DNA from: Podospora anserina
Taxonomy: Eukaryota
NCBI GenBank assembly: GCA_017654855.1
Contig: CM030338.1
Coordinates: 1,302,001 to 1,366,000, forward strand
DNA: 64,000 nt
Reading direction: 5' to 3'
Within the stretch, counting starts at the first letter, position 1; each line of letters starts with the position of its first letter. The notes beneath the pieces are model-generated. The model was given only the letters and a program-made list of their open reading frames with translations, was not told where the DNA came from and did not search any database. Below, one piece after another: positions 36,589-49,384 of this stretch. A program made the position numbers and the translations under genes.

Positions 36589-38403
36589 CTACTCGCGAGA
36601 AAGATCGCGACCGAAGAGCTTGGACTTGAGCCAGTCGTTGATGACCAGCAGACGATTCCTGGTGCTGAAGCACATGCTGATGTAGGCGCTTCTCCAAAAG
36701 AGGTAGGTCAAACCACCGGCGGCGGCAACGTTGCCGTTGAACCATGTGACGTCAGCGACAGCCTTCTCGCTGCCAATATAAGCGAGGGAACCCTGGTGAC
36801 TGTAGTGGAAGGGCTTCACGTCCTTGATGCGGCGGAGCTGACGCTCATACTCCTCAATCTCACGCGAGATCTCGGCCGTGTTGCCGGGCTGGAGGTTGAG
36901 AGAACCGCTGAGCTCAGCAATCTTGTTCTCGAGAGCCTCAGTCCTGGCCATGTTGTTGAACAGGCGCGCGAGGAAGTTGCCCTCTTGACTGGCAACCTGG
37001 GCGGTGGGGGCGTAGCCGGCAACGGCGCAGTCACCGACAGCCCAGATGTCGCGGGCACCTTGCACAACAAGATACTCGTTTACAGCGAGGCCGCGGCGTG
37101 AGTTCTTTTGCGCAGGGATACGCTGCATGAGATCCTGGACGACGGGACGAACGGCGTTGCCGGTAGCCCAGACGAGAAGACCGTAGGGGAATACAATCGT
37201 CTCCTTGGTGCCGTCAGGGCGAGTAGCCACAGCCTCAACCGTCTTGTCTGTGACCTTCTTGACCATGGTCTTGGTGTGAATGTTGATCTTTTCCTCCTTG
37301 AAGGTGCTCTCGGTGTACTCGATGAGCTGCTTGGAGAAGCTAGGGAGGACGTTGGGGAGAGCCTCGATCAGCGTCACGCGGAAGCGATCGCTGATCTCGG
37401 GAACCAGCTTCTTGATGTCCTCCTCGAAGAAGTCCTGCAGCTCGCCGGCGAACTCGACACCAGTCGGGCCACCGCCAACCACCACCATGTGCATGAGACG
37501 GTCAATCTCCTCGGGCGACTGGTCCTTGAAGGCAGCCGTCTCGACGCAGTCCATGATCCTTTTGCGGATTCTTTGAGCGTCACCAATCTCCTTCAGGAAG
37601 CATGAGTGCTCGCGGACGCCAGGGATGCCAAAGGTCGCGTTCTCGGCACCAACACCAACCACCAGCATGTCGTAGGGGACCTCGGTCTCGGTCATGTCAC
37701 CCTTGACTTCTGAGTTGTCAAAGATGCGCACCACCTTGCGGTCGGGGTCGATGGAACTAGCTTCGGCCTCGTAGAATCTTACGCTCGCCTTCTTGGAGCG
37801 CAGAATTGTGCGGATGGGCTCCATGATGGAGCGGTGCTCGATGGTGCCGGTCGTGCATGATGGGAGAAGGGGGGTGAAGAGGAAGTAGTTGCGCGGCGAG
37901 ATGACGATGACATTGTAGTTTTCGGTGTCGAGACGCTTCAGGAGGGAGACAGAGCCCCAGCCCGTGCCTGATGCGCATGTTAGCAGCTGTCAATGGGTGC
38001 CTTATGCGGTCTGATGCAATGCCATGCACTCACCGAGAATGACAAGCGTCTTCTTGGTCGGGTCTGGTTCGGTCTGGGGTTCTGGGTGTCTGTCCTCGTA
38101 GATGCCGTAGCCGATGTAGGCGACACCGGCGATGGCAGAGAGGTATCCCAACCTCCACGCCCACCTCAGCGTCCGGAATCGGCGCTTCTTGGGGGGCTGA
38201 GGGGCAGGAGCGGCCTGGTCGGCATACCCGCGCCTGAACTGCCTCGAGACAGGTCCTTGTAAGCTACCAAAGGCAGGTCTGGCGGCCACAGTCTTGCGTG
38301 ATGACTGGATGAATAATCTGGGGACCTGGGAGGAGGACTGGAGCAAAGCGGCACCCGGACGGGGCACCGCAAGCTGTGCGAGGGCTCGCGACGACGAGGA
38401 CAT
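36589..38403 (-). CDS. Mitochondrial alternative (type II) NADH:ubiquinone oxidoreductase, external Nde1/Nde2 type
   Basis: Presequence; LVILG|TGWGS; FTPLLPS; VVVGGGPTGVEFAGEL; AVGDC; APTAQVASQEG; intron 38033-37968. Confidence 0.93.
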
Positions 38404-41400
38404 TGCCTGATGGGCAAACACGGAAAGGCCGGCGGAGAGCAGGAGAGGGGCCTAGGTAAAATAGGAAGAGTTCAACGTCGAGGCGACGGCGGGCGCAAGG
38501 CAGAGATACCGGCTGAGGGTATATCTAAAAGGCTGAGGGAAAGGAATAGAGACTGAGGAGGGGACTCGAAAAGAAACAGACGGAAAAAATGAAGCAAGAT
38601 GTCGCAGGGCAGGGTGATAAGGCACAGGTGAGGTGGTGATGGTTAGTGACTAAGATGGAGCTCGGGAGACCCCTGTAAGCAGTTTCTTTTCAACTTTTTC
38701 GATTTTATCCTATTCGGCGCTTCTGCTCAGCGGGACCCCCACCCGCCCAGCCAGCCATTCAGATGCCGCGAGAGACACATTCAGCACTCCACCATCCCTC
38801 GCTGCCAAGGGGCTCTGCAAGGATCCCATGGATGACGACACAACTCATAGCTCAATTTTTCTCCAAAGGTTTGAAACGTCGCTGGCGATGCATGGCCATT
38901 GTCGCAGCAAAAGAGTCATTTTCTTAACTGCCGCGTCCGGAGGCTGGAGCACCAACAACCCACTGAGACAAGGGAATTTCCGCATTTCGGAGAAGGCCAG
39001 TGTGACAGTGGCAGGGCTGACAGACAGCGTGACGGCGTGGGCGGGAAGGAAACCGCGCAAACGACTCCGATAAGGGGCTGCCACCAGCACATGATAAACA
39101 TATCCATACCAGAGAGCCTCGATGCGTCCAAAAAGGAGCAGGGACATGTTTGTCATCAGTTGCCTCCCCCCCCACGCCCCTCCCATCATCTCATTATTTT
39201 GCGCAATTGGCATTTTGTTCCTGCGCCCCTTCAGCTCGTGTCAGCGGTGAGAATAGTAGGATGATGTCGAACGACATGCGATTGCAATTCGAGTCTGTGG
39301 TTGCGATTAGGGTGCATCCTGGATGTTTGTTCAACAACAAACCCCGCCAACTCCGCTATCACATGCGGGTCCAGCGTAATTGCACGGACCCTCCGAACGC
39401 TCCGCTTCCAGCTCCGACCCGGACGAAGTCTGTCAGTTGAAAATTCCGGCCCTGTACGGCCGTTGCCAAGTCGGGCCCGGAGCTGCCCCTTGTGGGACTG
39501 GGCTCTCCGGCTAAATGCTGTTGGGTCTCAACTCTCAAGCGCTGAGGCGCTCAGTGTCTTTGACAATTGACCAAGTCTCACACTTGATTATTTTGACTGT
39601 TGAAAATCTCAACAAGACGATCATTCCTTCCACAACCAAGGTACTAACAACACATGCTAACAGGGTCGCTCCTGCCAGTCATTACCGACTGCCACCGAGG
39701 CTGCTGTCGTCGGGAGAAGTAGGAACATGAAATGGAAGGAACATGTGAGGTGACTCCGACCAAACCCGCAACTTAGTTGGGGAAACTCTTGGTTATCTCC
39801 ATTCAAGAGGCAAACAGCAAGTTTCTTCTCCAACCTACATCCGTCCCGAGGGATGGGAGTGCGAATCACCGCCTTCTTCCATTGCCGCCGTCCCGAGGCT
39901 CCGTCTTCAATTCTATTCCCATTCTTTTCAACTTCCGGGTGGCCTCCTCGGAGGATATTCGCCCGGTGGTTTGATCTCTGACACAGAAAACCTGTGTGCC
40001 TGATGCCCAGCCCGGCCCGCATCCCCATCAACGGCGCGCATGAGTGATCGTCAATGATCTGGTTGCCCGTCAACGCTGGGCCCTCGCACCCCGCATCTGG
40101 CTGAGGTCTGGCCTGCATTGCACACCCACCCCTGACCGGCAAGCGATCAAGATCGAGTTCAGGCTAGGTATCAAGACCACCACTGGCTCTTCACTTCATG
40201 AAGCTCTGGGGATTTCCCACATGCACTTATTCTACGCGACTGATCATCGCCATGCCGTCTTTTGTTCGATGCTTGTGAAGGCTTAACTGATTCTTTAAAC
40301 AGAACCACAAGTCCACAGCATCATGTCGCAGTGGAAGAGCCTTGGCGGCGTCTCTGGTGTTGCTGGGTCGAAGCTCTGAGCTCCGTGTGTCTTGGCGATG
40401 GCCTTCGGCAACCTCCCCCGCCCCCAACCTTTGCCGACCAGAGTGAAAAACCGTCAAGTCACTGACTGCTCCGTGAGATTACGGATCCAGGCTTTGCTTT
40501 TCTCACTCTCGCCTACTTTTTCCTTTCCTCATGAAGCGATTGCTACCCCGGCTTGGTGTAAGAGAGCCAGAGCCGCTCTCCACATTTTGGCACTCGTCGT
40601 CCGGCTGAAACGCGACATCCGTGGCTGAGACATCGAACCCCTTGCTCTCCTGTCACAACTCAACTGCTCCCCTTTCCACTTTCAGACGTCAGGCATAGGC
40701 CAGTGCACATTCACCACGGGCACGCTGCCCCCAGCTTTCTTCACGTCAATGCCGAGTGTTGCACGAGCAGTCCCTGAAGTCCACCTCTTGGATGAGGCTC
40801 TTTTTCAGATGCGCCTTATTGGCTACCAAGAGGCCCCCCCCGCAGCCAGCAAGACAATGGCACTCGACCACACGATCCGAGTCTGGGAAGTCCCTGGCCC
40901 TGTTCCCAATCGAGCTGATGTCTCGTAACGCCCCTTCATCCACCCCCGGGCTGTGATCCCTCAGTAGGAAGGAGCTCTTGATTGTCCCTCTGAAGCCGGA
41001 ACCAGTATCCCTGAGCCATCTCCGGCTCTTGGGTGTTCGGTCTAGGCAGTCTGCGGGGAAAGGGTTGTCAGAATGAGAGCTTGTGGTGTCGCTCGAGCCA
41101 TCCTAGACGTCTCCTCTGGAAAGCTTGGGCTCTTGGTTCGTCATGCACCCACCCACTCCCCCGGAGGCGGGTGATCAGTCCTGGTTCTGACCTGTTACCA
41201 CATTCTCTTCTCACCACGCTTTTCTTCCTTTCACTCCATTCTTTCTGCCGCCTGTTCCATTCTTTTCTTTCCGCAGGGCCGGTTTCCCTTTGCTTTAGTT
41301 CTTGTATACTAATTTCATTCTGGGTATTTCATCCATAATTCTTTCCATTCCTTTCTGTCACTCATTTCAAACTGCGAGTTCATTTCTGTACCCGCTGGAA

Positions 41401-41527
41401 CGCTGTATTATCCATCGAAAATTGAGGGCAGCTATCCATGAATTGTGGGATATGAATCGACTGGGCGGTCTACCCCGATCATCACTGGAAAGTTCCAAGG
41501 CAAACTTGAGAATCTTGAGAGGAGGGA

Positions 41528-43188
41528 ATGGCACCTTTACGTCGTCAAACGAAGCCGATTGCTCGAGGGAGAGAAGGAGGTGCTCCCATGTTGGATGCTG
41601 GAGAGCTTCACATTCGACAAGAGAATAGGGACGACGAAGACGAGGAGACCCGCCGACGTCGGTTCAGATTTGGCAATAACCGAAACAATAATGACGGGGA
41701 CGGGGACGGTGACAGCAATCGAAACAGCAGATTTGGCGGGGGAAATCGCGGCGGTAATAACGACGACAACGACGATAACAACGGTGGTAGATCTGGCAAC
41801 AACAGGGGAGGCAACAACAGAAACAACAGATTTGGCGGGAATCGAGGTAATAATAGAGGGGGCAATAACAATAATAACGGCAATGACAACGGCGATGATG
41901 ACAACGACGGCGGTAACGGAGGTAACCGGAATGGCGGCAACGGAAACAGACGATTCAGAGGCGGATTCAGAAATCGAAATGGGAATGGAAATGGGAACGG
42001 GAATGGGAACGGGAATGGTAACAACGGGAATGGTAACAACGGAAACGATGACTCTAACCCGCCAGAGGACTCTCCCGAAGCAGACCCTTCCGTGACACCG
42101 CCGCCCTCGGGGGACTCCCCGCCGACCGAACCGCCCCCGGCCGAGGTGCCAGCCGATTCTGTGCCAGCCGAAGATGCCCCAGCCGAAGATGTACCAGTCG
42201 AAGATGTGCCAGTTGAATCTGTCCCGTCTGCAGATTTTGCAGCAGAGCCCGTACCGGCCGAGCCGGCACCAGCTGAGCCGGCACCGGTTGAGCCTTCGCC
42301 GCCAGAAGCCATACCTGTCGAGGGTGTTCCTCCAGAAGCAACACCTGCGCCAAGCCCTCCTCCAATATCAGGAGATCCTGGAGCTCCGCCCAACCCAGGC
42401 GTCATCGTTCTACAGTCCCAAATACAAGCAACGCCAACAGTAGAAGTGAGTTTTCAGGGATGAAAATGAACAAGTCCCTCTTTGCTAACTTTGCGCAGGC
42501 GGTGCCGACTGTGACTGACTTTGTACCTGTCGAAACGGCGACCAACCTGGATGGGACCACCGGGCTTTCGACAGAAATTATCGGAAACGGCTCACGGTCA
42601 GACGGAGCTGTTCCCTTCCCCACGGATCCAACACCAACGTCGCTTCCAGTGCCTGATATTGTAAACCTTCCTGGAGGTGATCGAGATGCTTCTGGGCCCA
42701 CCAGCACTGTTATTCCCGATGATAGCAACCGCATTGAGGCTCCTCAGGGAGGTATGGATCCGACCGCGGAGAGAGTCCTGATCTCTGTGGGATCCATTGG
42801 TAGGTTGTTGCTCTGCTTTTCTTTTGAGGCATATTACTAACAAGAATAAATAGGAGCGTTTGTCTTGATCTGCTTTATCGTTTGGATGGCACGAAGAGCA
42901 ATGAAAAAGTCCCGACTATCCAACAGTGTGGCCAGTGCAGGATCTGGCGGAGGGCTACCATTCTTTGGACGCAAGAACTCGCACAAGTCGGCGCCTTCTA
43001 CTGTCACTCTTTCCCCCCCTCCAAAATACCGCGAGAAGGAGGGGGCCCATGAGGTCCCGCAAGTAGGGGAATATTATCCTCCAGAGAAGACACAAGAAGA
43101 ACCACAGCCTTCATTGCAGCCTCCGCCAACGCAGGTCCAGCAGCAGGTAGCCGAACCACAAGTTCTCCAAGCCGCCTTACCTTTGCAG

Positions 43189-43226
<38 letters not shown>

Positions 43227-44073
43227 GCAACCGCAGCTGCCACCTCTTCAAACTTCATTCCCTGCCCACCAACCGCAGGTGCCTTTCACCAACTATTATC
43301 AACTAACATACAATGCCGACATGACGTATGATCCGACAAACGCCTTCAATATCATGCCTCCAAATCTACGGTATTCTCATCAGCAACAAGAGTCCTTTAG
43401 TTCCACTAATGCGGCCCAATTTGGGGCATTCATGGTTCGCACCGATCACGCAAACGTAACTTATCCAAACGGAGTCTCGCCAATCACCACGTACTACACC
43501 CCGTCGCCAATTGCGCAGCAGTCACAACAGCCGCAACAGCCGCAGCAACTCCCAGTGCCTTATAATCTTGTCTATCAGGAAGCTGGTCGGAGATCACTAG
43601 TGTCGTCTCTCTCGTCAGGATTTGGCGATGGTGCTGAGATTGTAACATCTGCCACCCTCCTTGCGCCACCACCGCCAGCAGCCACAGCTACCAGGTCGTC
43701 TAGCCATTATTCAACCAGGTTTTCGTATGTATCACCAGTGCAGCAACAACCGCCGCCATTACCACAGCAACCACAAGGCCAGAGAGATACCGTGTACACA
43801 CAAGCGAGCGAAGACCAACCCACTCGGTTCAGGTCGTTGAACTCGTGGGTAGAGCAGCAGACGGGACGAATCGTACGAACACAAGAGCGAGACCCGACCT
43901 GGCAAATGCAACAGGAACAGATGCCTGGGCACCCGGGGATTCCTGGGATTCACAACCCGCCGGACGAGCAAAACTTTGGAATGATGATGCAAGACGATGA
44001 GGTGCCGAGAAGGGTGGAAAGTGCGCTGGCGAGCATGAGCCCGACGGAGAGGAGCAGACTAGTAGGGCCTTGA
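41528..44073 (+). CDS. Hypothetical single-pass membrane protein: R/G/N-rich and P/E-rich N-terminus, TM, Q/P-rich tail; 3 exons
   Basis: Introns 42446-42498 and 42800-42853 (GTGAGT/GTAGGT, CTAAC, YAG) join three ORFs in frame; TM VLISVGSIGAFVLICFIVWMA followed by RRAMKK. Confidence 0.8.
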
Positions 44074-44890
44074 GTTTATTTACCGACCATGATCATGTAA
44101 TTCTTTTATCTATAGTCGGAAGATTATGATATTACTCATGACAAAAAAGCCCCAACCAACCAACCTCTGTCCTACCTTGTTTCTTCTCTTCATTGTTGTT
44201 TTTCCGAGCCTGGTGCCTGGGGACACGCTTAATACCATTTCTGAGAGAGGGAGTAAGTAGGGCAGAGGTTTGGTTAGGGTGTCATTTGGTTTCGGACATT
44301 GTTTTCTTTTTTTCTCTTCTTTTCACTCTTTTGGGGGGGTTTTTGGCAAAAGAAAAATTGTTGTGCAGCGAGCGGGTGTTGATCAAGTCTGGAACTTTTT
44401 TCTGCTTTTGTCTTTTTGTAATCTTTGAACCTTTTTTTCTTCTTCGATATTTGTGTCTTGACTTTTTTCTGGATACCCATATATACCTTACCTTACCAGG
44501 CCTTTTCGCTCGTTTGTTTTTTATTGGAGGGTTTTACTTTTGGGAGGAGAAGGAAAGAAAGTAGCTGCTTTAGGTTCAGCTCTTGCGGAGATAGCTAGGT
44601 AGCAAGATATGAAATTTAACGAGTTGGACAATTCAATACTTGACTCACTCACACAGAAAAGTCCAATTCTCTTTCAAAGGTATTTGAATTCGTCTACTCA
44701 TGTGATGATATTCATGTGTCTCTTGGAACCTAGTGATGATAACGCCTATATAATACGAATAAGCTCCCGTGAACAAAGCCCGGCCCAGTCTCGCAATCCC
44801 AAAATCAAACGCCGTTCATATGCCATCGATCCCCCTCCCATCCTTCTCCCAAGTCAATCCGCATCGTGTACTCCAACACCCAATCCCTAC

Positions 44891-46301
44891 CTAGTTATGT
44901 TCAATCGGCTCCTCAGGCAACAGCTCCTCCACCTCCCTCACCCTCAAAAACGCAAACGGCGGCTGCACAATCCCGTTGAACAAGAAGGTGAAATACACCA
45001 GCAGCGCAAAACCGACAACCTGCAACCACTTGAACGTCTCCCACCCCAGACCAAGCGAGACAATCCAGATGAAGAGCGTCCTGCAAGTGTCGATCGTAGA
45101 CCGGGACGTGGCGCTGACGCTCCTGGTGACGGAAAGACCAAAAAAGTTGAAGCCTCTGTTCGAGAAAAAGTCAGCAAACACAGCCCTTTTCGAGAACCAC
45201 CGGGGATGAAAGAGCGGAACATACCCGATACTAATCATAATCAACAAACTGCTCACAAAAACAGCTCTGTACTCCCAAAACTGCCTCCAGCCCTCCACCA
45301 TGTCAAACGGCCCCAGCCTCCCCGCCTCCGTCCGCCCAACAGCAAAATGCAACACCGTCATCCCGAGCAGCGTGACACTAAACCCAAAAATCCCCTCCCA
45401 TCCCACCACCCGGATCGGCTCAATGCTCGACCTCTCCAGAATCCACTCCTCAAGGACAAACTGCGTAGCCGTAAAAATCTGCGCTCCGGCGATCATCAAA
45501 ACGCCGATGATCACCCTCAACGCATCGCTTTCCACCCCCGTGGCCGAATGCGCAGACGCGGCGTGTTTCTTGTCCGGTTGAATCGCCCCTGCGAGGCCGA
45601 CGATGGCAACACCGGTCATGACACCAACAAGGGAAAGCCATTGAAAAAGGTGAAGATGCCGACGAAGAAAAATAACACTAAACAACCCCACAAAGAGGAC
45701 CAACGCCCCTCTAGTCATTTGATAAATCGACGCCGCCACAAGCAACAGCCCCGCGTTCATGAGGGTGGTTCCCAAAATGTCGCAGATGGCTGGCAAGGCC
45801 AAAAGACAAACCCTCCACCCCCGGAGGACAGAGTGAGTTTCTTCCTTAAAGGCAGGGTCGTTGATTGTCCCGTTGCCGCCACCCCCGGTCAGAGCAGTGC
45901 GGGAGTGGATGCTAGCATTGTCCGCCGCAGGCTCTTCGTCGTCGGCTGTTGTCCGGACGGGTTGGTAGGCGGTGGTGGTGTCTGATTTGGCAATGTAGCG
46001 GTTGTATAGTGACATGATGCCCACGACGACCCAGCAGCCCATCTCGCCGACGAACATTTGGAGGGTTTGGATGACGGGTTGCTCAAAGTGGCGGCGTTTT
46101 TTGGGGTCGGGGTTATCGCAGTCGCGGACGCATTGGTTGTCCTTTTTCGGAAATCAGCTTCAATCGGGATAATAAGAGCGATGGAAGAGATGTTGTTACC
46201 TGGTATTTGGTCAAGAGGGTGTTGCACACTCCCGTCAGCAGCATCATGCCCACCAGGAACGGTATCACCGCCCTGGCGGGGATGATGGTGTTGGGCGCCA
46301 T
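44891..46301 (-). CDS. DMT-superfamily transporter, SLC35F6-like
   Basis: MLLTGVCNTLLTKYQ|DNQC, FEQPVIQTLQMFVGE, LPAICDILGTTLMNAGL, ASIYQMTRG, QFVLEE, SATSRSTIDTCRT; introns 46199-46142 and 45224-45156. Confidence 0.9.
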
Positions 46302-47081
46302 GTTTGGCGACAGCGACAGCGATTCGTGATCAACCAGTTATGTGAAAACCGACAACTGAATTGACGATGTTGAGGAAAGAGAGGAGGAGGTGGTGCCTGG
46401 ATAAAGACACCGGAATCAATCGCGCAGCAACGCAAACGCGGCGGAATACCACCCCAGCCGCTTATCTCGACGAATGGCAACCTATCTCTCTCTGCAAGGC
46501 ACCTCAACTGATCTAACTCGTAACGTAATCCCGTGGCTGTCGCGGAACAACAGGAACAGGAAACGTGGTCCCTTTTTATTCAGAAACAAAGAAGAACCTG
46601 CGGTGTAAGCCTCGTTTTTCTCGAAGCTGTCCGCTTTTGTCGTCGGAAGAGAAGACCAGAGAGAGAGAGAGAGATGAGACCAGAGGCTGGAGTCAAAAGG
46701 ATGGCAGGTGATGCAGATAACGTAACGGCCGCTGTGGGCAAGCGGTGTCCCTGTGACGCTTGGTTGATCAGTGGAGTTTGGGGAATGCGGAGCCAGCCAC
46801 AACCCCACCCCCCTGTCAAAAGATTCGATAGGCATCCGATAAGCAACCGGAGGACAGCCTCACACAACCTGCAACCAACGAGACATCCGAGTCCAGGGCA
46901 AAAACACTCGTGATTCAAAATATCATGATGTTGTTGTTGTTGTTGTCTGACGATGTGGTATATTGACCTTTCTACTCCGTAACCTTACTCCCTCCCAAGT
47001 CCCTCAAAAACCCAGACCCGCTACCGTAAAACGCCGTTATCATTGCATTTTGGTATTGCCATTACTTGTATACCCCCAAAC

Positions 47082-48269
47082 TTAAGCCTTCTCCACATCC
47101 TTCACCTTCTTCTTCTCCTTCGGCTTCTTATCCTTGATATTATTCCAGTGCGGAATCCCCATCTCCTTATCCCTCGCCAACCTCTCCAAATCCCTATCAT
47201 TGCACGGCACCCCCTCAATGCTCTTGACCTTCTTCCCCTCCAAAAACATGACATAGCCGCCCACCATCGCTATGATGCACGCAATAGCCACCAAAAACCC
47301 CGTCACCCAGCTCGGCCGGTCAAAGCGATTCATACCCCACATGACACCGCACAAGCCGCACTGAGCAAATGTGTTCATCACCATGGACCAAATAACAAAA
47401 TCCAACTTCCACACCGCCGTCGCAGGCGCCCTCGTCCCCGTCAGCGGCGCATTGGGAATATTCTTCTCGGGCGTCGGGATCACCTCCCTCGGCACCCCCT
47501 CGGGAATATTCTCCGGCCCAACATCCACCGCCAACTCCTCCGACCCCTTCAGTCTGAACCAACTCCTGTGAATCCCCGCCAATCTCTTGAGCCCATCGAA
47601 ATCACCCATGATTCTGTACTTCAACAAGTAATACCAGTCCCTAAACCTCCACGGCGCCAGCCCAAAAGCAGTGACGCAGAACAATCCAGTCAGCACCTGA
47701 GAATCCCACTCCACCCACTTCCTCCGCGGCGAGTCGATATCATCACAGGTAGGATAACACATGGCCGGTGCGGCGTTGCAAAGCAGCAAAAACAACATGC
47801 CGCCCCACGCAACAATGTTCAAGCCGTAAATAGTCCAAAAGAAACCCATCGGCGTGGTGAAGAACTTCCAGAATGATTTCAGTGCCTGCTGGGTGGCTTC
47901 GCCCTTGGGGTATTTGGGCGGGAAGTGATAGCCGTTATCAAACGACCTTGTGTGCTCCAGAGGGCGCCTTGTTGGATGTTTATCGGTAGACTCGACCGGC
48001 TCAGCGGCGATTGTCTGCTCGTCGGAGGAAGGGACTCGCTTGGTCTCATTCTCGAGGGCGACTTGCTCGGCAGTGGGGAATTCGCCTGAGGGCGATGCTG
48101 TGCGGCCGCCGCCGCGGGGGATGTGAGGGGCGACTAGTGTTGATGCTAGATCTCCAGAAACGGCCATGAAGCCTCCGGGTACTCGTGAGGTTTCAAACTC
48201 TTCTGACAATCTTTGCACGAGGGAAGGGGTTTTGGAGCCGCCGCGGCCGCTGTAGGGTGGGTTGTCCAT
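47082..48269 (-). CDS. Membrane protein, probably DUF2985 family
   Basis: Intronless 395-aa ORF; TIYGLNIVAWGGMLFLLL, WVEWDSQVLTGLF, APWRFRD, RFDRPSW; about 4 TM segments. Confidence 0.75.
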   Translation of the reverse strand: MDNPPYSGRGGSKTPSLVQRLSEEFETSRVPGGFMAVSGDLASTLVAPHIPRGGGRTASPSGEFPTAEQVALENETKRVPSSDEQTIAAEPVESTDKHPTRRPLEHTRSFDNGYHFPPKYPKGEATQQALKSFWKFFTTPMGFFWTIYGLNIVAWGGMLFLLLCNAAPAMCYPTCDDIDSPRRKWVEWDSQVLTGLFCVTAFGLAPWRFRDWYYLLKYRIMGDFDGLKRLAGIHRSWFRLKGSEELAVDVGPENIPEGVPREVIPTPEKNIPNAPLTGTRAPATAVWKLDFVIWSMVMNTFAQCGLCGVMWGMNRFDRPSWVTGFLVAIACIIAMVGGYVMFLEGKKVKSIEGVPCNDRDLERLARDKEMGIPHWNNIKDKKPKEKKKVKDVEKA

Positions 48270-49384
48270 GTCGTCGAGGTTGTGATATATGTAGAATACT
48301 ATCTCATGCGATGGTTGATGTTGCTTGAGAAAATGACCAAATTCTTATGCCAGGTGAAAAAAGTAGCGGTGATGCTGACGTCGGTGGTTAAATTGCTGGG
48401 GTGATGTATGTGGGAGATGGCAATGCCAATGACACAAGAGGCTGGGTGTCGCACAGTACTCACGCGAGCAGCAAGAATAAGTTGGCGGAATAACAAGTGT
48501 TGAGTTGGAAAATGAAACCAACAGTTCTCTCCTGGTGATGCAGAATTAAAACAAAAGTACTCGAGAGCAATGGGGTCAGGTTGGATAAAAAGCGAAAAAG
48601 GGCACAGGCGGCAGATGGTGTCGTCACATAATCTTGAGAAGGGCGAACGGCCACGGACGAGAATGGCAGCTTCCGCGTATTATCGCCTGAGACGGTGTCT
48701 GTGTCGTGGGAAGCTGGGCTGAGCACTGGCGCCCAATTGCAGCGAAGGCTTGGCTATGGACGTTTCAACGCCTGGCCTGGCCTGGCCAGGTAAGGAACGG
48801 AAGCGGGAATCGTTCTTGATGCCGTTCTCACCCACCCACCAATTTCAACGGGGGCAAAACGGGGAAATTTGGACATGCCGATGATGTCACAGCCACAAAA
48901 GGACTGTTCCCTTCCCACCACCAGGAATCAGCTTTCTGCGGATTGACCCCGAGAGTGCGTGAGTTGCCGTGAGTGCATATCTCACATGTAAGACCCTGGG
49001 AGAGACCCTGGGGTGATCCCCATACGATCGGATGTTGGACCGATCAAGATGGGAATCTGAGGAGATTCTGAACCTGGGTCTCCAGAGTATTTTTGTCGAA
49101 TTCATAAGAGATACTTTTTGCCAACTTCACCAAATTCGCTTTAACAGGGCTAACCCTAACCCTTCCAACCTGTAAATCCAAGGACAACCATCAGCCAAGC
49201 TCCAAACCACCTGGCAGCTTCCCAATCACCAATCCACATTCCCAACTCGCGACAACAACTCAACCACCACCCTTCTCAAACCTTCCCAACCCAACCCTCC
49301 ATTCAATGGAAAACCCACGATAATCCCACCGCATCCCCTTAATCTATCCACCGCTGCTGCGCCAGCAGCCACCCACCACCAAAA

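Noticed and set aside
36337-36591. NADH dehydrogenase stop TAG followed by two more in-frame TAGs before a TGA (possible stop-loss editing)
   Set aside because: The protein already ends at the family-typical GRDxS terminus, there is no hairpin, and the extension looks like UTR; compatible with chance.
44609-45985. 458-aa ORF antisense to the SLC35F-like transporter
   Set aside because: Pro/Arg/His/Gln-rich mirror of a hydrophobic G/T-rich gene; no independent evidence of coding.
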